From NCBI RefSeq assembly GCF_006345805.1, contig NC_042997.1, positions 90,954,001 through 91,018,000 on the forward strand: a stretch of 64,000 nt of DNA, given 5' to 3'. The position numbers were made by a program, and so were the translations under genes. This document shows, one piece after another, positions 1 to 13,375 of this stretch (positions within the stretch are counted from its first letter, which is position 1; each line of letters opens with the position of its first letter). Under the pieces are notes generated by a model. That model had not been told where the DNA came from. It saw only the letters and a list, made by a program, of their open reading frames with translations, and made no database searches. This DNA comes from Octopus sinensis (taxonomy: Eukaryota).

Positions 1-650
1 ATTGTTCCACCACGTTACCTAGGGTTGTGAGGGGACTTTGCACCATCCACAGATCTGGTCAGTAGCCCTCAGCAGGTTGTCCCATAGAAACCTAAAGTTG
101 TCTCCAGCATCATGTGATGCTATATTCCCCTCTATTTCGTCAAAAGCTTCAAGTAATGCGTCTCTAAATCTCTGTCCAGTCGCAGAATCTTTAAGTTTTC
201 ACACCCTTCTCCTCCGTGCTGGTCATCTTCAAGGCATCCATTTAGCCCTGATCCTGAAGTTGCTAACTAGTCTATGTTGTGGGGTACATTCTTCGCCTGG
301 GAAGGTTTTGGTATTTATAAGCAGCCATCTCTCCCTTTTTCTGGCAAGGATGTAGTCAATTTGGCTAGTGTGTCTAACAGACTGGTAGTTGACTAGGTGA
401 CTGGCAGGATTCCTGAAGTTAGTATTGCAAACCAGAAGTTAGTATTGCAGAACTCCAGCAGCCTGGTTTCATCTTCATTGCGGGAACCAAAACCGTAGCC
501 TCCATGTACACCATGGAAGCCCCTTGTATGTTGTCCAACATGTCCATTGAAGTCACCAGCCACAAAGAGAAGGTCCCTGTCAATTATCAAGGAGGTAGTC
601 TGCAAGAGGGTGTCATAGAATCGGTCTTTCTGTCCATTAGGTAGCCCTGG
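1..650 (-). mobile_element. RTE-clade LINE fragment, APE endonuclease region, with stops
   Basis: ORF 393-605 contains LFVAGDFNGHVG..GVHGGYGFGSRNED..RLLEFC, a typical RTE endonuclease motif. Confidence 0.85.
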
Positions 651-676
651 CTGAGGGGTATAGGCCGAAATAATGG

Positions 677-706
<30 letters not shown>

Positions 707-713
<7 letters not shown>

Positions 714-1267
714 AATTTACGTAAATAAGGATAAGATCGTTATTTAAATACCGATCTTATCAGGTGGCCAGCATGGGAATAAAAACCTTCAAAGGTAATA
801 ATTATTATTAATATTATAATTTAGGGTATCTAAAATAAACTTTTTTTTGCTAGTTTATTTTGTCTCTTTGTCTTCTCTCCTGATGCTGTATGAACATTTA
901 ATGTGGTTTTAGAGTCAAGTTTTCGCTGCTATTTCCAGCGTGGTGGTATCTCCTAGATTCCCTAAATTTTATATATATATATATTATATATATATATATA
1001 TATGTATATAAATTTACGTAAATAAGGATAAGATCGTTATTTAAATACCGATCTTATCAGGTGGCCAGCATGGGAATAAAAACCTTCAAAGGTAATAATT
1101 ATTATTAATATTATAATTTAGGGTATCTAAAATAAACTTTTTTTTGCTAGTTTATTTTGTCTCTTTGTCTTCTCTCCTGATGCTGTATGAACATTTAATG
1201 TGGTTTTAGAGTCAAGTTTTCGCTGCTATTTCCAGCGTGGTGGTATCTCCTAGATTCCCTAAATTTT
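707..1267. repeat. Two identical 264-bp units (707-970, 1004-1267) separated and flanked by (TA)n
   Basis: Direct comparison shows no differences between the units. Confidence 0.9.
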
Positions 1268-1985
1268 ATATATATATATATATATATAAACACACACACA
1301 CAAGTGCACTAACATATATACATATATGAAAAGGGTTCTTTCAGTTTTTGTCTACTAAATCCACTAAGCTTTGGTCATTCCACATCTACAATAGAAGCTT
1401 GTCCAAGGTGCCACACAGTGAGACTGGTCCTGAGACCCATGTAGTTCAGAAGCAAATTTATCACACAACTATGCCTGACATACAAGGATGAAAGTGAAAC
1501 CAGTTAAAATAACCATAAATGAGAAAACTCATAAAAAGAAATTCTAGCAAAACAACAGTTGATGCTAATTCTGAAATCAAAACTGCCCTATGCTCTAAAT
1601 CTGAGACAATGTAACCAAGTGAAGCAATTGTTTCTGAAATCACACTGAACCCAAGTCTTATCAACAATAAGATTCTGGACATGCACAATATTGAATCATA
1701 TCACTAACTCATCCAGATTCTTAAAACTTATCGAACACAGTAGGTGGTGAATTGGCATTTATTCCGACTCATTGTGTTCTAAGTTCAAATTCTGCCAAGG
1801 TTATCTTAGTCACACATTCTTTCTGAGTTGATAAAATCTACCAAACCAAGGTGGTGAATTAGCAGAACTACAAAAATGTCCAACCAGGTACCTTGCAGTA
1901 CTTGTTCTGGCTGTTCCAACTCCAAATCTCATGGTTTACTTGGGTTTTAGATCTAATTCATCACTTAGTTTATCATTACCATTGG

Positions 1986-2424
1986 ATGCAGGTGTGGCTG
2001 TGTGGTAAGAAGCTTGCTTCCTAACCACATGGTTTTGGGTTCAGTCATACTGCACAACACCTAGGCATGTGTCTTCTGTTATAGCTCCAGGCCAGCCAAA
2101 GCTGTGAGTGAATTTGGAAAACGGAAACTGAAAGCCTGTCATATATACATATAAGCAAGTGTGTGTGTGTGTGTGTGTTTGTGTTTTTCTGTCTCCTTGA
2201 TTTGACGTCATATGATACTTGTAAATGAGTGTCACCATCATGCAGTCTCCTTCATTCCCAATATTCTGTGAAAACATGTCCAGTCATGGGGGAATATTAC
2301 CTTGCTTGAAAACAGGTAAGTGTTGGTGACAGAAAGGGCATCCCGCCATAGGAAATCCACCTCAACAAATTCCATCTAACCCATGAAAGCATGAAGAGAT
2401 GGATGTAAAAACAATGATGACGAT
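1986..2424 (+). mobile_element. tRNA-derived SINE; representative of many copies (e.g. ~29240, ~30985, ~31870, ~42630, ~55490, ~60370)
   Basis: Head GTGGCTGTGTGGTAAGAAGCTTGC...GGGTTCAGTC has A/B-box-like motifs, followed by a conserved body, an internal (GT)n and an (ATG)n-like tail. Recurs throughout the window. Confidence 0.85.
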
Positions 2425-3850
2425 AAAGTACCCTGGTACCTTCAGTGCTTTTAGCAGACTTCACTCTGTTGTAAGCATTCAAATCAGGTCTAAAGTTTAA
2501 GGAAATCTCCCTCCTTCCATCCCAGTAATCTTGGAGAATCTGTAGAGGGTCATGAGCTCATGATGCTGCCTTTCCCACCACCTGACAAAAAGATTGAAAA
2601 GTACAATAATAAACAAAAACTAAAGTGTCCTGAAAATATTAGACATTGCATTTTTTTTAAAGCTAAAGATAACAGAAAACGAAGCCCCAATAAATTATTT
2701 AAAACTTACATTTTCAGGACAACAAATTATATAGCTAATTTTAGTAATATGGCAACTTCTCCCACATTATAAAAACATATAGTCATAAAAGTAGAAGCAT
2801 TGCTTACACCAGATAGTATTTTACTATACAAATCCCCATAGCAGCTAACTTTGGGTTCAATTCAATTACTTTTTCGTGACTAGATAGATACTTTATACCA
2901 CTTGATTTCTTATTTAAGTAATTTTATACAGGGTCTTTCCTGTTAGTATTTGTGTAAAACATTTTTTTGAGAAATGTTTTATTTCTAGTTGATCTTTCCT
3001 GCTATAGTTTAGGACACCATTGTTAAGTTAAATTGACACACCTATATTTAAGTAGGGCAATAGAAACCCATGACATGTTACTGTATTGCTTATGTAAATA
3101 AGACAAACAACAATCCCCATTATACTCAGCTTGATTAATTCTCATGCCTTGAAACACTCACATTCTCACAGTAGTAAACCATGAAGCTTATTTTTTTTCT
3201 GTACAATCAATGTGACCACAGACAAAGAAACAGAAAGAAGAGTGACTATGATTTAAAAAAAAAAAGGCTTGGCTCTATGAATAAAGACTGCTTTGTTACC
3301 ATGTGGCCTCAAGTTTCATCTTATTGTGTGGTATCTTGAGCAAGTGTTTTCTATTGTAGCTGTGTGCATTATGCACGAAACAAGTAGTCAGAAATAGAAT
3401 GGAAGCTCCCCCCCCCCCACCACAATTTAACATTCTAACATTTGGATAATTTTCTCAAATGTAATGCTTCACAACAGAAGAAAGAGTGAGAGAAAGTTGT
3501 GGCGAAAGAGTACAGCAGGGATCGCCACCACCCGCTGCCGGCGCCTCATGGACCTTTAGGTATGTTTTCGCTCAATAAACGCCCAGTCTGGGAATCGAAA
3601 GTATGATCCTACAACCATGAGTGCGGTGCCCTAACCACTGGGCCATTGCACCTCTACATATATATATATATATATATAATAAAATATTAGGGAATAAATC
3701 CAAACTTACAGGGAAAAATCAGATTTAGGATTAAATCCAATTTTATAGTATAAATATATTATATCATATATTAAATTAGAGATAAAACCACTATTAGGCA
3801 AATCAAACAATGAAAAACATAAGCCAATACATAAAATTAATTAATTTATC

Positions 3851-3912
<62 letters not shown>

Positions 3913-4329
3913 ATGTGTGTTTGTTTATATGTGTATGTAGGTGTGCATAAATGTATATACATATCATCATCATCATAATTGTCAGATTGTTTTGAATTAA
4001 TCATGCATTATCTCATGGCTTTGAAATTTTGATGATGTAATTGTATATTTTTAGACTGACACTATAAAATAGGCATGAGAATCCAGATCTGACTGGTTTG
4101 AACATAAAACAGGTAGAATATTTTGGCTGGAAATGACCAGTTTAAATGCTAAAGAGTTAATGTCAGTTGAATAGTTTGACAAGATTCAATGAGCCAGAGG
4201 ACAGTGTTGAACTAATGCTTGCTTTGGCATAGTTCCTATAGCTGGATGTCCTTTCTTATGCAAATCACTTAACAAAATGTATTGGATGTTTTTTTTCTGT
4301 GGCATCAAGTAACTCACTATACAAGAAGC

Positions 4330-5440
4330 CATTGACTGAAAGGGGGTGCTTTGTATTAAGTATGAATGAGACAGGAACAAGTGCCTTGTTGAGGAGATAT
4401 ACAGGTACCCCAGCAGAAAAAAAGGGGGAATGGTGGAGGTGGAGACGAGGTGTCGGGGTATACCTTCAAGGTACAAGGTGGATAAAGAAAGAATAAGGAA
4501 AATTGAGGATGGGTAGGTTTGTGAGTGAGTGAAAGGAGAGTGATAGAGAAATGGACAGGGTTGAATGGTGAACATAGGTGGAGGTATGGTCAATGATGAA
4601 TCTCAGTTTGCGGAAGGTGAAGAAAATAGGAGTGTATCAAAGAAGAGAGGAGTAATAGGAAGCAAAACATAAGTGAGGAAATGGAGAGCAACTGTATAAT
4701 AAAACCATAGATACATGAAAAATGGAGATGATATAAAGTATGTGTGTGAGGGGGAGAGAAAGAAAGAGAGAGAGAATATGCATAGCGATAGAGACAGGCA
4801 CACGGGGTGGATATAGTGAGTGACAAAAAAGTGTGGGATGGCAGATATGAGAGGGTGTTCATTGGAAAACAAAGAGGTATAGGATGATGTTAAGAGTGCA
4901 GGATGAGTGTAAAGGAAAGTGATTCCAAGAAGTATAAATGGTACCACAAAAGAGGAGATAGAATATGTGCCTTCCTGTTCACATATAATTACAGTAGCTG
5001 AGGAAATAGTGCTGTGATTAGGGAGGTGAAGGCTGGATGGGTGTTGCAAAAGTGAATTAATGATATGCTTAATGAGTTTTCTTGAGCACAGCAAGTTGCC
5101 AATTATCCCGGTCCTTTGTCATTTCCACAAGGTTCAACACAACCCGAAGTTGGTCATTACTGATTTGTCTCATGTCTTCCTGGGTCTCCCTCTTCCACAA
5201 GTTCCATCTACCTTTAGCGATCAGCATTTCTTTGTGAAGCTGTCCTCAACCACACACATCACATGATTATACTTGTACAATCTTCCCTTTTACACACTAC
5301 ATCTGATGCCACATATACCCAATTTTTCTCTCAGCATATTTGCAATTAGTTATATATGAACACTGACATTGCACATCCAGCAGAATATGCTAGCTTCATT
5401 TCTTTCTATCTAGCATTGCTGCTCGTGCATAAGCATCATA
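4330..5440 (-). mobile_element. Degraded RTE LINE 3' end plus pyrimidine-rich 3' tail
   Basis: 5060-5300 is the antisense of the GRGRPRKTW-type C-terminus also seen at 8526-8729. The adjacent purine-rich plus strand explains the low-complexity ORFs at 4186-5094. Confidence 0.6.
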
Positions 5441-5725
5441 CAATCTCTGGCATTCATTCTATAGGGAGAGACTTAAACAAACCAAGACTGGATGTCAAGT
5501 GGTGGTGGGGAAACTAAGCACAAAGACACCCTCACTCACACACATGTATATATACAATGCATTCATATAGTTATCATCTACCAAATTCATTGACAAGGCA
5601 TTGATTGACCTGGGGCTACAGTAGTAGACACTTTCCCAAAGTGCCATGCAGTGGGACTGAATCCAAAGCAATGAGATTTCAAAGTGAACTTTTTAACTAC
5701 ACTGCCATGTATGTATATACATAAA

Positions 5726-5788
<63 letters not shown>

Positions 5789-6230
5789 ACACACATACCA
5801 TACATATGTACATGTACACACAAATATGTAAGTATATATACACATACACGTGTGAGTGCATAAGTTTACATTATATGTTCTCCCATCAAAATGTTGAGCA
5901 TTAAATGGTGACTTTTATTAACATCTGTTAACAAACTGTCTGGTTGTTCCATGCTTTCAGAGGGAAGTAGGATTAAAAAAAAAACAATTTGAAAGACAGA
6001 TAAGAGTTAACAAAGAGAAGGGCATCTAGCTGTAAAAGAATGCCTCAATATGTATTCATCTAACTTACATAAGTATGAGAAAGAAAAAAATAATGAACAT
6101 AAAATTGAACAAATAATCATTTTGAAACAGTTATGAACAACCTGTGACCTACAAGATTCTTTGAATGGGCACACATTACTAGTTTCAGCCAGAGGGTTGT
6201 GGCCATGTTGGGGCACTGCCATTAGCTCTG

Positions 6231-6620
6231 CTACACTTTTACTACTTGAAACCTCATCTGATATGTGACATTTGGTGAATGAGGGAGTTTGATGTTGCTG
6301 CCCTCATCTGCATTTCTTGCTGCAAGGTAGGATTCATCTGGAACTCTTGACAGGGGGAGATTCAGTTTTGTTTTGAAGATGCCTACATCCACTCCATGTA
6401 GTTCACTCAGGCTTTTAAAGGGGATATTGAAGGCCCTTGGGATCCAAGCTATTGCAGTATCTAGTCCTGTATCTTGATGGCAATGTTGGGATTTTTGGTA
6501 CAATGCAGTAGCACCCCATTCTGCTATTTGTGTATGAAAAATTACCTTTAATTTTTTTTTTAGTAGTGTGGCCCAGCTTCAATTGAACTTATGTCTCATG
6601 CAACCCACTTCTCAAGAAAG
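6231..6620 (-). mobile_element. CR1-clade LINE 3' fragment
   Basis: ORF 6231-6503 contains PRAFNIPFKSL..LHGVDVGIFKTKLNLPLSRVPDE, resembling the CR1 C-terminal F(K)xxLDxFLxxVPDEP motif. Confidence 0.7.
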
Positions 6621-6732
6621 GTTGCCCAAGCCTGTTCTAAAAGCTTAAAAGAACAAAACAAAAGAAACGAAAAAAAAAACACTTGATTTTTTTTTTTTTT
6701 TGCAACTGAAACGAAAACTTTTGTTCATATTT

Positions 6733-6742
6733 TTTATTTATT
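6733..6742 (-). terminator. Candidate polyadenylation signals of TMEM248 (two overlapping AATAAA), implying a 3'UTR of about 1 kb
   Basis: Plus-strand tttatttatt at 6733-6742 reads as AATAAA twice on the minus strand. Another AATAAA lies at 6972-6977. No transcript data. Confidence 0.35.
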
Positions 6743-7720
6743 TTCTTGATTGATATTTTTCTTCCCCTTAATATAACAATTGTTTAATAATAATAACTTT
6801 GAAATTCAGGTCCAATATGTACAAATATAGAGAGAAAGAAACAGAAAATAGTCAGTCACAGGTGGCATCAGAAATAACCTCAACTGGACAACACCGGACA
6901 AAATGCTTGACAAACAGTGTTGTGGAGGAATTATAGGCTGTTGGGGGTCAGTGAATGGGTGGAGAAGACAGTTTATTAAAATAGGAAGAGAAAGAGAGGG
7001 CGAGAGAGAGGACAAAATAAGATAACAAATAAAAATAACAATGTTGGTAAAGAAATCAAGGAAAAGATGGAGTACAGGTAGGGAAAATCAAATTGGAAAG
7101 TTAATTTGTGTGTTTGTATGGAAGTGGGGAGTAGGTGAGCAGCTGAGGACAGGAAAGCTACAACCAAAAATATAATGGTCTGGTGTAAGTACAAACATAC
7201 TCTAGTGAACATGTCACACTATAGACAGTGCTTTACAGTCACATCAGGCTGGATGCAACATTATGTAGCAACAAAGATAGCAACAACAACAACAATAGTA
7301 GTAGTAGTAGTAGTAGAAGAAGAAGCAGTGATGGTGGTGGGTTGAGGAGAAGGGAAAGGAGAGAATTAAGAAGTTGCATTAATTATCCATGTCCTGCAAG
7401 AGAAATCTGGCTTTTACCATTTAAAACCACTGTTGCCATCAAACACCATCATTGGGTCCTTATCCGGTGATGATGACAACAACAACAACAGTGATGATGT
7501 TAAGAAGTCTCCTCATCAAACCTCAAGTATCCAACACACTACTATTGTCTTGCATGTTAAATCCTTTCCTAGTATTAAGTTCCATATTGCAGCAGGGACA
7601 AGTTCTGGTAATAAGTTGTCAAAGGAGCAAGGAAAGGGGGACGTGGGGAGGGGGAGGTGGAATGTGGAGATTGAAAGACTTGCTGAAGTTGTTCATCTAA
7701 TAGCTGCAAATCTGTGAATA

Positions 7721-7738
7721 TTAGGCTTTGAGAAATAC
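7721..7738 (-). CDS. TMEM248: TMEM248 terminal coding exon (VFLKA*); full protein 310 aa
   Basis: tatttcag|GTA TTT CTC AAA GCC TAA parallels the human EK|VALAEA* ending. Coding exons sum to 933 nt = 310 aa plus stop (human recalled as 314 aa). Confidence 0.8.
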   Translation of the reverse strand, partial: VFLKA

Positions 7739-8039
7739 CTGAAATAGATACAAGAAAGTGCATTAAATATTGAAACATTAAAAAAATAATTTAAGAAAAA
7801 ATATATATATAAGTTAACTATTTCTCCATAGACTGGAACAATGATGAACAGTCTTAATTCATTTTCAAACCTTATTCGATTCTCACCAAGTGTACACACT
7901 ATTTTTTTGGAATGGTGAAGCTAGAAGTGGATAAAGCTGGTAAGAATAAAGTTTCTAAAATGGATAGAAAAATCTAAAAGATTTCTTTGCTCAATAGTAG
8001 AACATGCGTCATTCTTAAAAATGTGGGTTCAGTTTCAAT

Positions 8040-9060
8040 GAGCAACCTTCAATTTTACCTATCCAAAGATTTTTTTTTAAACACAGGTATCACAGGTAAA
8101 TTAACAGATAAAGTTGTCTTTGTATGTGGCAGATGTGCAGGAACAATAAGCACTAAGAGCACACAGGAATTAGATTCTCTCAAGTGCCCAGGAGGCTCTC
8201 TTGAGGTTGTAGATAGTTTCTGGTACGTCAATGACCAAATTAGCAATGGTGGAGGATGCGCTGAAAGCAGTGTTTCTAGAATAAGAATTAGGTGGAGGAA
8301 GTTCAGAGAGATATTACCTCTGTTGGAAACAAAAAGCCTCTCTCTCAGAATGAAAGGTAGACTATATGATGCTTGTGTACAATTAGCTATACTCCATGGA
8401 GTGAGACATGGGCTCTGAATGCTGAAGACATGCATAGACTGGAGAGAAACGAAAGTATTATGCTCTGTTGGATGTGCAACACCAGTGCACATGTATGACA
8501 AAGTGCAAATGTAGTAAAAGAAAAGTTGGGCATAAGAGGAATCAAATGTAGCATGCAAGAGAGAAGACTACGTTGGTTTGGACATGTGATGTATATGAAT
8601 GAGGACAGCGGCATAAAGAAGTGCTTATCACTGAAAGTGGATGATACCCGCAGAAGAGGGAGACCCAGAAAGAAGTGGGATAAAGTGGTGAGGACCGATC
8701 TGAGGATATTGGGCTCACGGAAGAAATGACCATAGACCAAGATATCTGGCAATATGAAGTTCTTGAGAAGACCCATCCACATCAGTAAAACTGAGTTCTA
8801 GAAGCAGTGTAGAAACACTATCACAATGAACCAAACTACGTCTCTACATCCCTTCTCTTCCTCACATTTCTGCTTCATGTACTATGATTACCTCCCACTC
8901 CCTAATCTTGTCCTCTTGGCCTGGTGCCACTGCATCATTGCTCTCTGCTTGCCCCTGACCTGCGCATTCTACCCACATGCCTTGTCTCACTCTATTATTG
9001 CCATCTGCTAGTCCCTGACCTGGGTGTTCCACCCACACGGAACAAGAAACTTTTACCTCA
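8040..9060 (+). mobile_element. RTE LINE 3' fragment in the last TMEM248 intron (antisense to the gene)
   Basis: LEVVDSFWYVNDQISNGGGCAES..RIRIRWRKFREILPLL and ERRLRWFGHV...RRRGRPRKKW motifs, frameshifted. Confidence 0.85.
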
Positions 9061-10302
9061 CCCTACTCCAACAAACCAATTTACATCTCTTCTTTTTCTC
9101 ACATTTCCTTCAACAACATCTCAAACCACAAGTTAAAAAATTACACAAAGTTCAGTGATAAAAAATTCTGCAGTAATTGCTGTATTTTATCACACAAGTT
9201 AAGCACACTAAACTTGTTTTAACCCTTTAGCATTTAAACAGACCATATCTGGCCCAAATATTCTACCTGTTTTATGTTCATACCAGCTAGATCTGGCCCC
9301 TCACACCTACTCTACGTCATTCAAAAAATACTCAATTACATCATCAAAATCTTGAAGCTACAAGATAATGATAATTTAAAACAATCATCATTTAACATCT
9401 GCTGGCATGAGTTGGACAGTTTGAAGAGCTGCCCAGGCCCCATGTTTTGGCATGGTTTCTACAACTGGATGCCCTTCCTAATGCCAAACACTTTACAGAG
9501 TGTACTGGGTGATTTTATGTAGCACCGAATATGAACAAATAAACATTACACTTGACAGAGTAATGCAAATGCTAAAAGATTAAATAACTGAACAGAAACT
9601 GGGGTCACAATAATAAAAGTGTTGATCAGCATCAGAATAAGTTGTCAATCCTTCCTAACATTCATCACATCTCAATTGAAAATGGGAGTTGTTTAAAAAT
9701 AGATGGCATTTTCAGTGAGAAAAAGACTACCGACAGTAAAAAGTACCTTATTGCAGACACAGAAGTTGTAAAGTTAGATTTCAGATGAGGTGAGATGGGA
9801 TCAAGACAGTTGGTGACATGTTGCAGTGCAGTCATGACATCATTTAGATGGTCTTCTCCAGCACAACTTGTGGTCTTTTGTCATCATCTGAGGTCCAACC
9901 TCTTGAGATCAGCTGTTACTATACCTTCCCACTCTTCTTTCATAGTTTTCTGTCACTTACATCACTTGGCACTTTTTGACTCAAATCATCATCCTCCATA
10001 CACATCACATATTTGTACCAGATAAGACTTCTCTAGTACATTACATAAACTCCTCTGATACAGCTTAGAGAACCATAACAAATAGGAGGGGATTAAGAAC
10101 TGAACCCTGATGTACAACAACTACCTGCATATTAAATTCCTCACCAAATTCACTTAATTCTCACCAATTACATTTTAGATGACTGTGAAACCATGAAATC
10201 TTTAAAGTCCCAAGAAATCCGATGGATAATGAGATGAAAATGAAAAAAATTTAATATTAAATTCCCTCAAATCATTGCAATCTTGTTGTTGCCAATACTT
10301 AC

Positions 10303-10437
10303 TTTTTCTTTATACTGCAAGCCTTTACTTTTACTTGGTCGTCCTTTAATAATAGCATAGCAGAAGAGAGTAACGACCATCACAAACAGGAAATAACTGG
10401 TATGCATCAAATGTAGGTTGATAACTGACCGGTCACG
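10303..10437 (-). CDS. TMEM248: TMEM248 coding exon 6 (RDRSVINLHLMHTSYFLFVMVVTLFCYAIIKGRPSKSKGLQYKEK)
   Basis: Near-identical to human DDRSLINLHLMHTSYFLFVMVITMFCYAVIKGRPSK. ttgttag|CGT acceptor and AAA|gtaagt donor; 135 nt. Confidence 0.96.
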
Positions 10438-11171
10438 CTAACAATTTAAAAGAAATTTTAAAAACAGGTCAGATAAAGTGCATAAATAAGAAACAAGAGA
10501 AATACTTTTAATTATAATACAGTTTCTTAAATAATACTAAAAATAATTACTTTGCACAATCCTTATTCACTCATAATAACATTGTGTTGAAAATCCCTTT
10601 TTATATGAAATATAGAAAGGGATTGATTTTCAGTATGATGTCACTATAACATCTAACAATTTGCACCAAACCTTAACTGTCATATTTCCTGCATACAAGT
10701 CAATGCAGTGTGTAGTGTAAACATACAACCATTATCACTATCTTTTGAAATCTTGCTGCATTTCAACATGGAAGTTTTAGTCCTTCAAAGTTGTCTTGGT
10801 ATATAAGTCAATCTACCTTTTTCAACAATAAATTTTGGTCTGAAAAATTCGACTTGTATGCCAGGAAGTATGGTTTACAAACCTCATCCAGTTATTCCTA
10901 TACAACAGTCTTAAAAAAGCTTGTAGATTTTTTGAGCACTATTCATCCTTATAAAAACAAAATAATGGTACAGGTAGCAGAATACTAGACTAGATATTGC
11001 ACTGCATTTCATCCAGTGACTTACATTTCTAACTTCAAAATATGCTAGAATTAATTTTGCTATTTATTTGTCTAGTGATTGATAAAATGTTAGTAACATA
11101 TTATTTCTCCTATCTGTCCCAGCTTTTAATTAAAATAAATCATTACTAGAGGGAAATAAAGTTCAGCATAC

Positions 11172-11337
11172 CAGTGACAGCATCACAGTTAAAGTGGGGT
11201 CAAGATTGTAGCGGACATTGATCAAGGGTTTATTCCGGCACCAGACATAACTGTCAGATAAGACAGTGTTACGACCAATCATGCGAGCATGATATTCAAC
11301 ACCAGTTTCATTCACTCCATAACAGGCACTGGGTTTC
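11172..11337 (-). CDS. TMEM248: TMEM248 coding exon 5 (KPSACYGVNETG...WCRNKPLINVRYNLDPTLTVMLSL)
   Basis: ctcag|G acceptor and CTG|gtatgc donor; 166 nt, phase 2 to 0. Aligns to human PPHC...FWC...LNPKLTVIVP. Confidence 0.92.
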
Positions 11338-11930
11338 CTGAGCATTAAAAAGAAAAATGAAAAATGTCATGAAATGATCAAGTACAAAACTTATATCAAC
11401 ACCTTTTTACTATGTTGCTGTTTCTGTGATTGTTCTGAAATAAGGAAAATAGCTAAAACTTGTGATGAAGAGGCTGGAAAGATGATCATGACAAATGAGA
11501 TTGTAATTAGTGGTAATCAAGAATGGTTGTGAACGATGACAGTCATATGACAGTTGAAATGAAGGTGGTAATACACTGATGGTGACTGATAGTAATGATG
11601 GTCATAAAGATATCAACAAAGTTTAATCAAAGATTAAACTGACATCCAAATATGGATTCCAGTGCATTGTGACATATACACAAATATATACAGAAAAATA
11701 ATACCTTGATAAACACTTAGACAGTCTTACACATCACAGCACAAACACATACATCATTACCTTCAATAACACAATAAATACCATTACATACATGTATACA
11801 TTGAACATTACCTAAAACATACACATTAACCATAACAGTGTGTGTATGTGCACATTCAGATACACGCACATGCACACACACATACATGATAATATCAAAG
11901 AAGATTAAGGCAAACAATCTGAAACTGTAC

Positions 11931-12081
11931 CTTGTAAGCGGGAAGAAATTGGGTGGTGCACTGAACGTCATGCATGTATATATCTTAACACCATTGCACA
12001 CACCATTATTACTGCAGCTGGTTGTGTTCCATTCAAAAGGTAACTCAAATGTTACAAGCATCTCCATATTGCCTGCATCAC
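11931..12081 (-). CDS. TMEM248: TMEM248 coding exon 4 (GDAGNMEMLVTFELPFEWNTTSCSNNGVCNGVKIYTCMTFSAPPNFFPLT|R)
   Basis: tttttag|GT acceptor and AG|gtacag donor; 151 nt, phase 1 to 2. Cys spacing and TCMT..A.P..FP.T match human ITFTLP..W...C...G.C......ACMTLTASPGVFPVT. Confidence 0.93.
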
Positions 12082-12254
12082 CTAAAAACAAAATTTCATC
12101 ATTGCTGTTACATGTGGCTCTTTAAGAAAACATAATCAAATTGAAAGTAAATTTATAATGCCTTTGGAAGCATAAACATCACAATGCCTATTTCCCCATC
12201 ATCTGAATCCACATTGTTTATCCATTACCCATGCTGGTGGTTTGTAAAAGACAC

Positions 12255-12520
12255 CTATGCCCGTGTAGGTGACACATAAAGGGCACCCGTGTTATTGACG
12301 TGTATAGCGCACCCATGCCGCTGACGCGTAAAAGGGCACCCGTGCCACCGACACGTAAAGGGCACCTGTGCCAATGACGCATAAAGGACATCCGTGCTGG
12401 TGGCGTGTAAAGGGCACCCGTGCCGGTGACGTGTAAAGGGCACCTGTACTGGTGACGTGTAAAGGGCACCCGTGCCGGTGACACATAAAAGGCACTTGTG
12501 AGGTGACATGTAAAAGACAG
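12255..12520. repeat. Minisatellite of ~20-24-bp units (GTGCCGGTGACGTGTAAAGGGCACC-like) inside a SINE; related arrays at ~21190-21430 and ~45650-45770
   Basis: Contiguous degenerate tandem units with no unique spacers. Confidence 0.85.
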
Positions 12521-12939
12521 CCAGTATACTCTATGGAGTGGTTGGCATTAGGAAGAGTATCTAGTCAAAAACTGACTGGAGCCTGGTACAGCTCTCCGGC
12601 TCTTCAGTTCCAATCAAATCATCTAATCCATGTCAGCATGGAAAATAGATGCTAAATGATGATGAGGATGATTGAGTAACTGATAAAACCAGCAATGATG
12701 AACAAAGGTTTTGAATTTTTCTAAACTATGTTTGTTTTTTTTTCTGCAGATATATAAATGTGAAAGATAATAAAAATGGCTGGTAACAGGAAAGGAATCT
12801 GTCAGTGGAATACTGTCTCAATAAATTTCTTCAATCCTATGCCACCATGGTAAAAGCAGATATGGTGATGTTGATAAAAACTTCAGCTTGAAAATGTTAG
12901 ATTATATCTAAATTAGTAATATCTGTATATTGTGTAGAT

Positions 12940-13145
12940 TAGTGATTCTCAACTAGGGTCCGTATAAGATTTTGCTGTTCAAAATTTATCGGCAATAATT
13001 TGGTTATACTTGTACAATACACAGAATATTTTAATTTTTTAAACAATTCCTAATAATAATTATAAAAATATAACAGGATTTTTAAACATCCAAGTAAAAT
13101 AGGAATCAAAGGGGTCCATAGATAAAAGAATGGGTGAAAACACTG
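12940..13145. mobile_element. hAT-type MITE
   Basis: Ends (T)AGTGATTCTCAAC...GTGAAAACACTG with a perfect 8-bp TSD GTGTAGAT at 12932-12939 and 13146-13153. Confidence 0.85.
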
Positions 13146-13259
13146 GTGTAGATAAACAATGGCAGGAGCTGTAGCAAGGATGGAACTCATGATCAGTAAT
13201 TTCTATTATTATACTTCTTGTAGTACAGATTTAGTACAGACAAGAGAGATTATACATAC

Positions 13260-13375
13260 CAGAGAGCCCAAGTTGGTAGCCAGGAAGTGTAGTTGTCAGA
13301 TGTGTTAGATTGTGAGGAATACTGAGAAACTCCAATGTTGGGATTATTTCTACTAACATAGATACTGTGACATTT
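13260..13375 (-). CDS. TMEM248: TMEM248 coding exon 3 (V|NVTVSMLVEIIPTLEFLSIPHNLTHLTTTLPGYQLGLS|G)
   Basis: ctttcag|A acceptor and G|gtatgt donor; 116 nt, phase 2 to 1. Aligns to human VNISVSITL...RNVTHLYSTILGHQIGLSG. Not present in the supplied ORF track. Confidence 0.93.

Noticed and set aside
900-960. Hairpin CGCTG-GAAATAG-CAGCG followed by AAAAC on the minus strand, as a possible hammerhead
   Set aside because: There is no CUGANGA core upstream of the stem.
4186-5094. Long ORFs of 135-163 aa
   Set aside because: They are low-complexity translations of a purine/pyrimidine-biased LINE tail, with no domain motifs.
12255-12520. Regular short repeats that could be read as a CRISPR array
   Set aside because: The units are contiguous and degenerate with no unique spacers, lie inside a eukaryotic SINE, and no cas genes are present.
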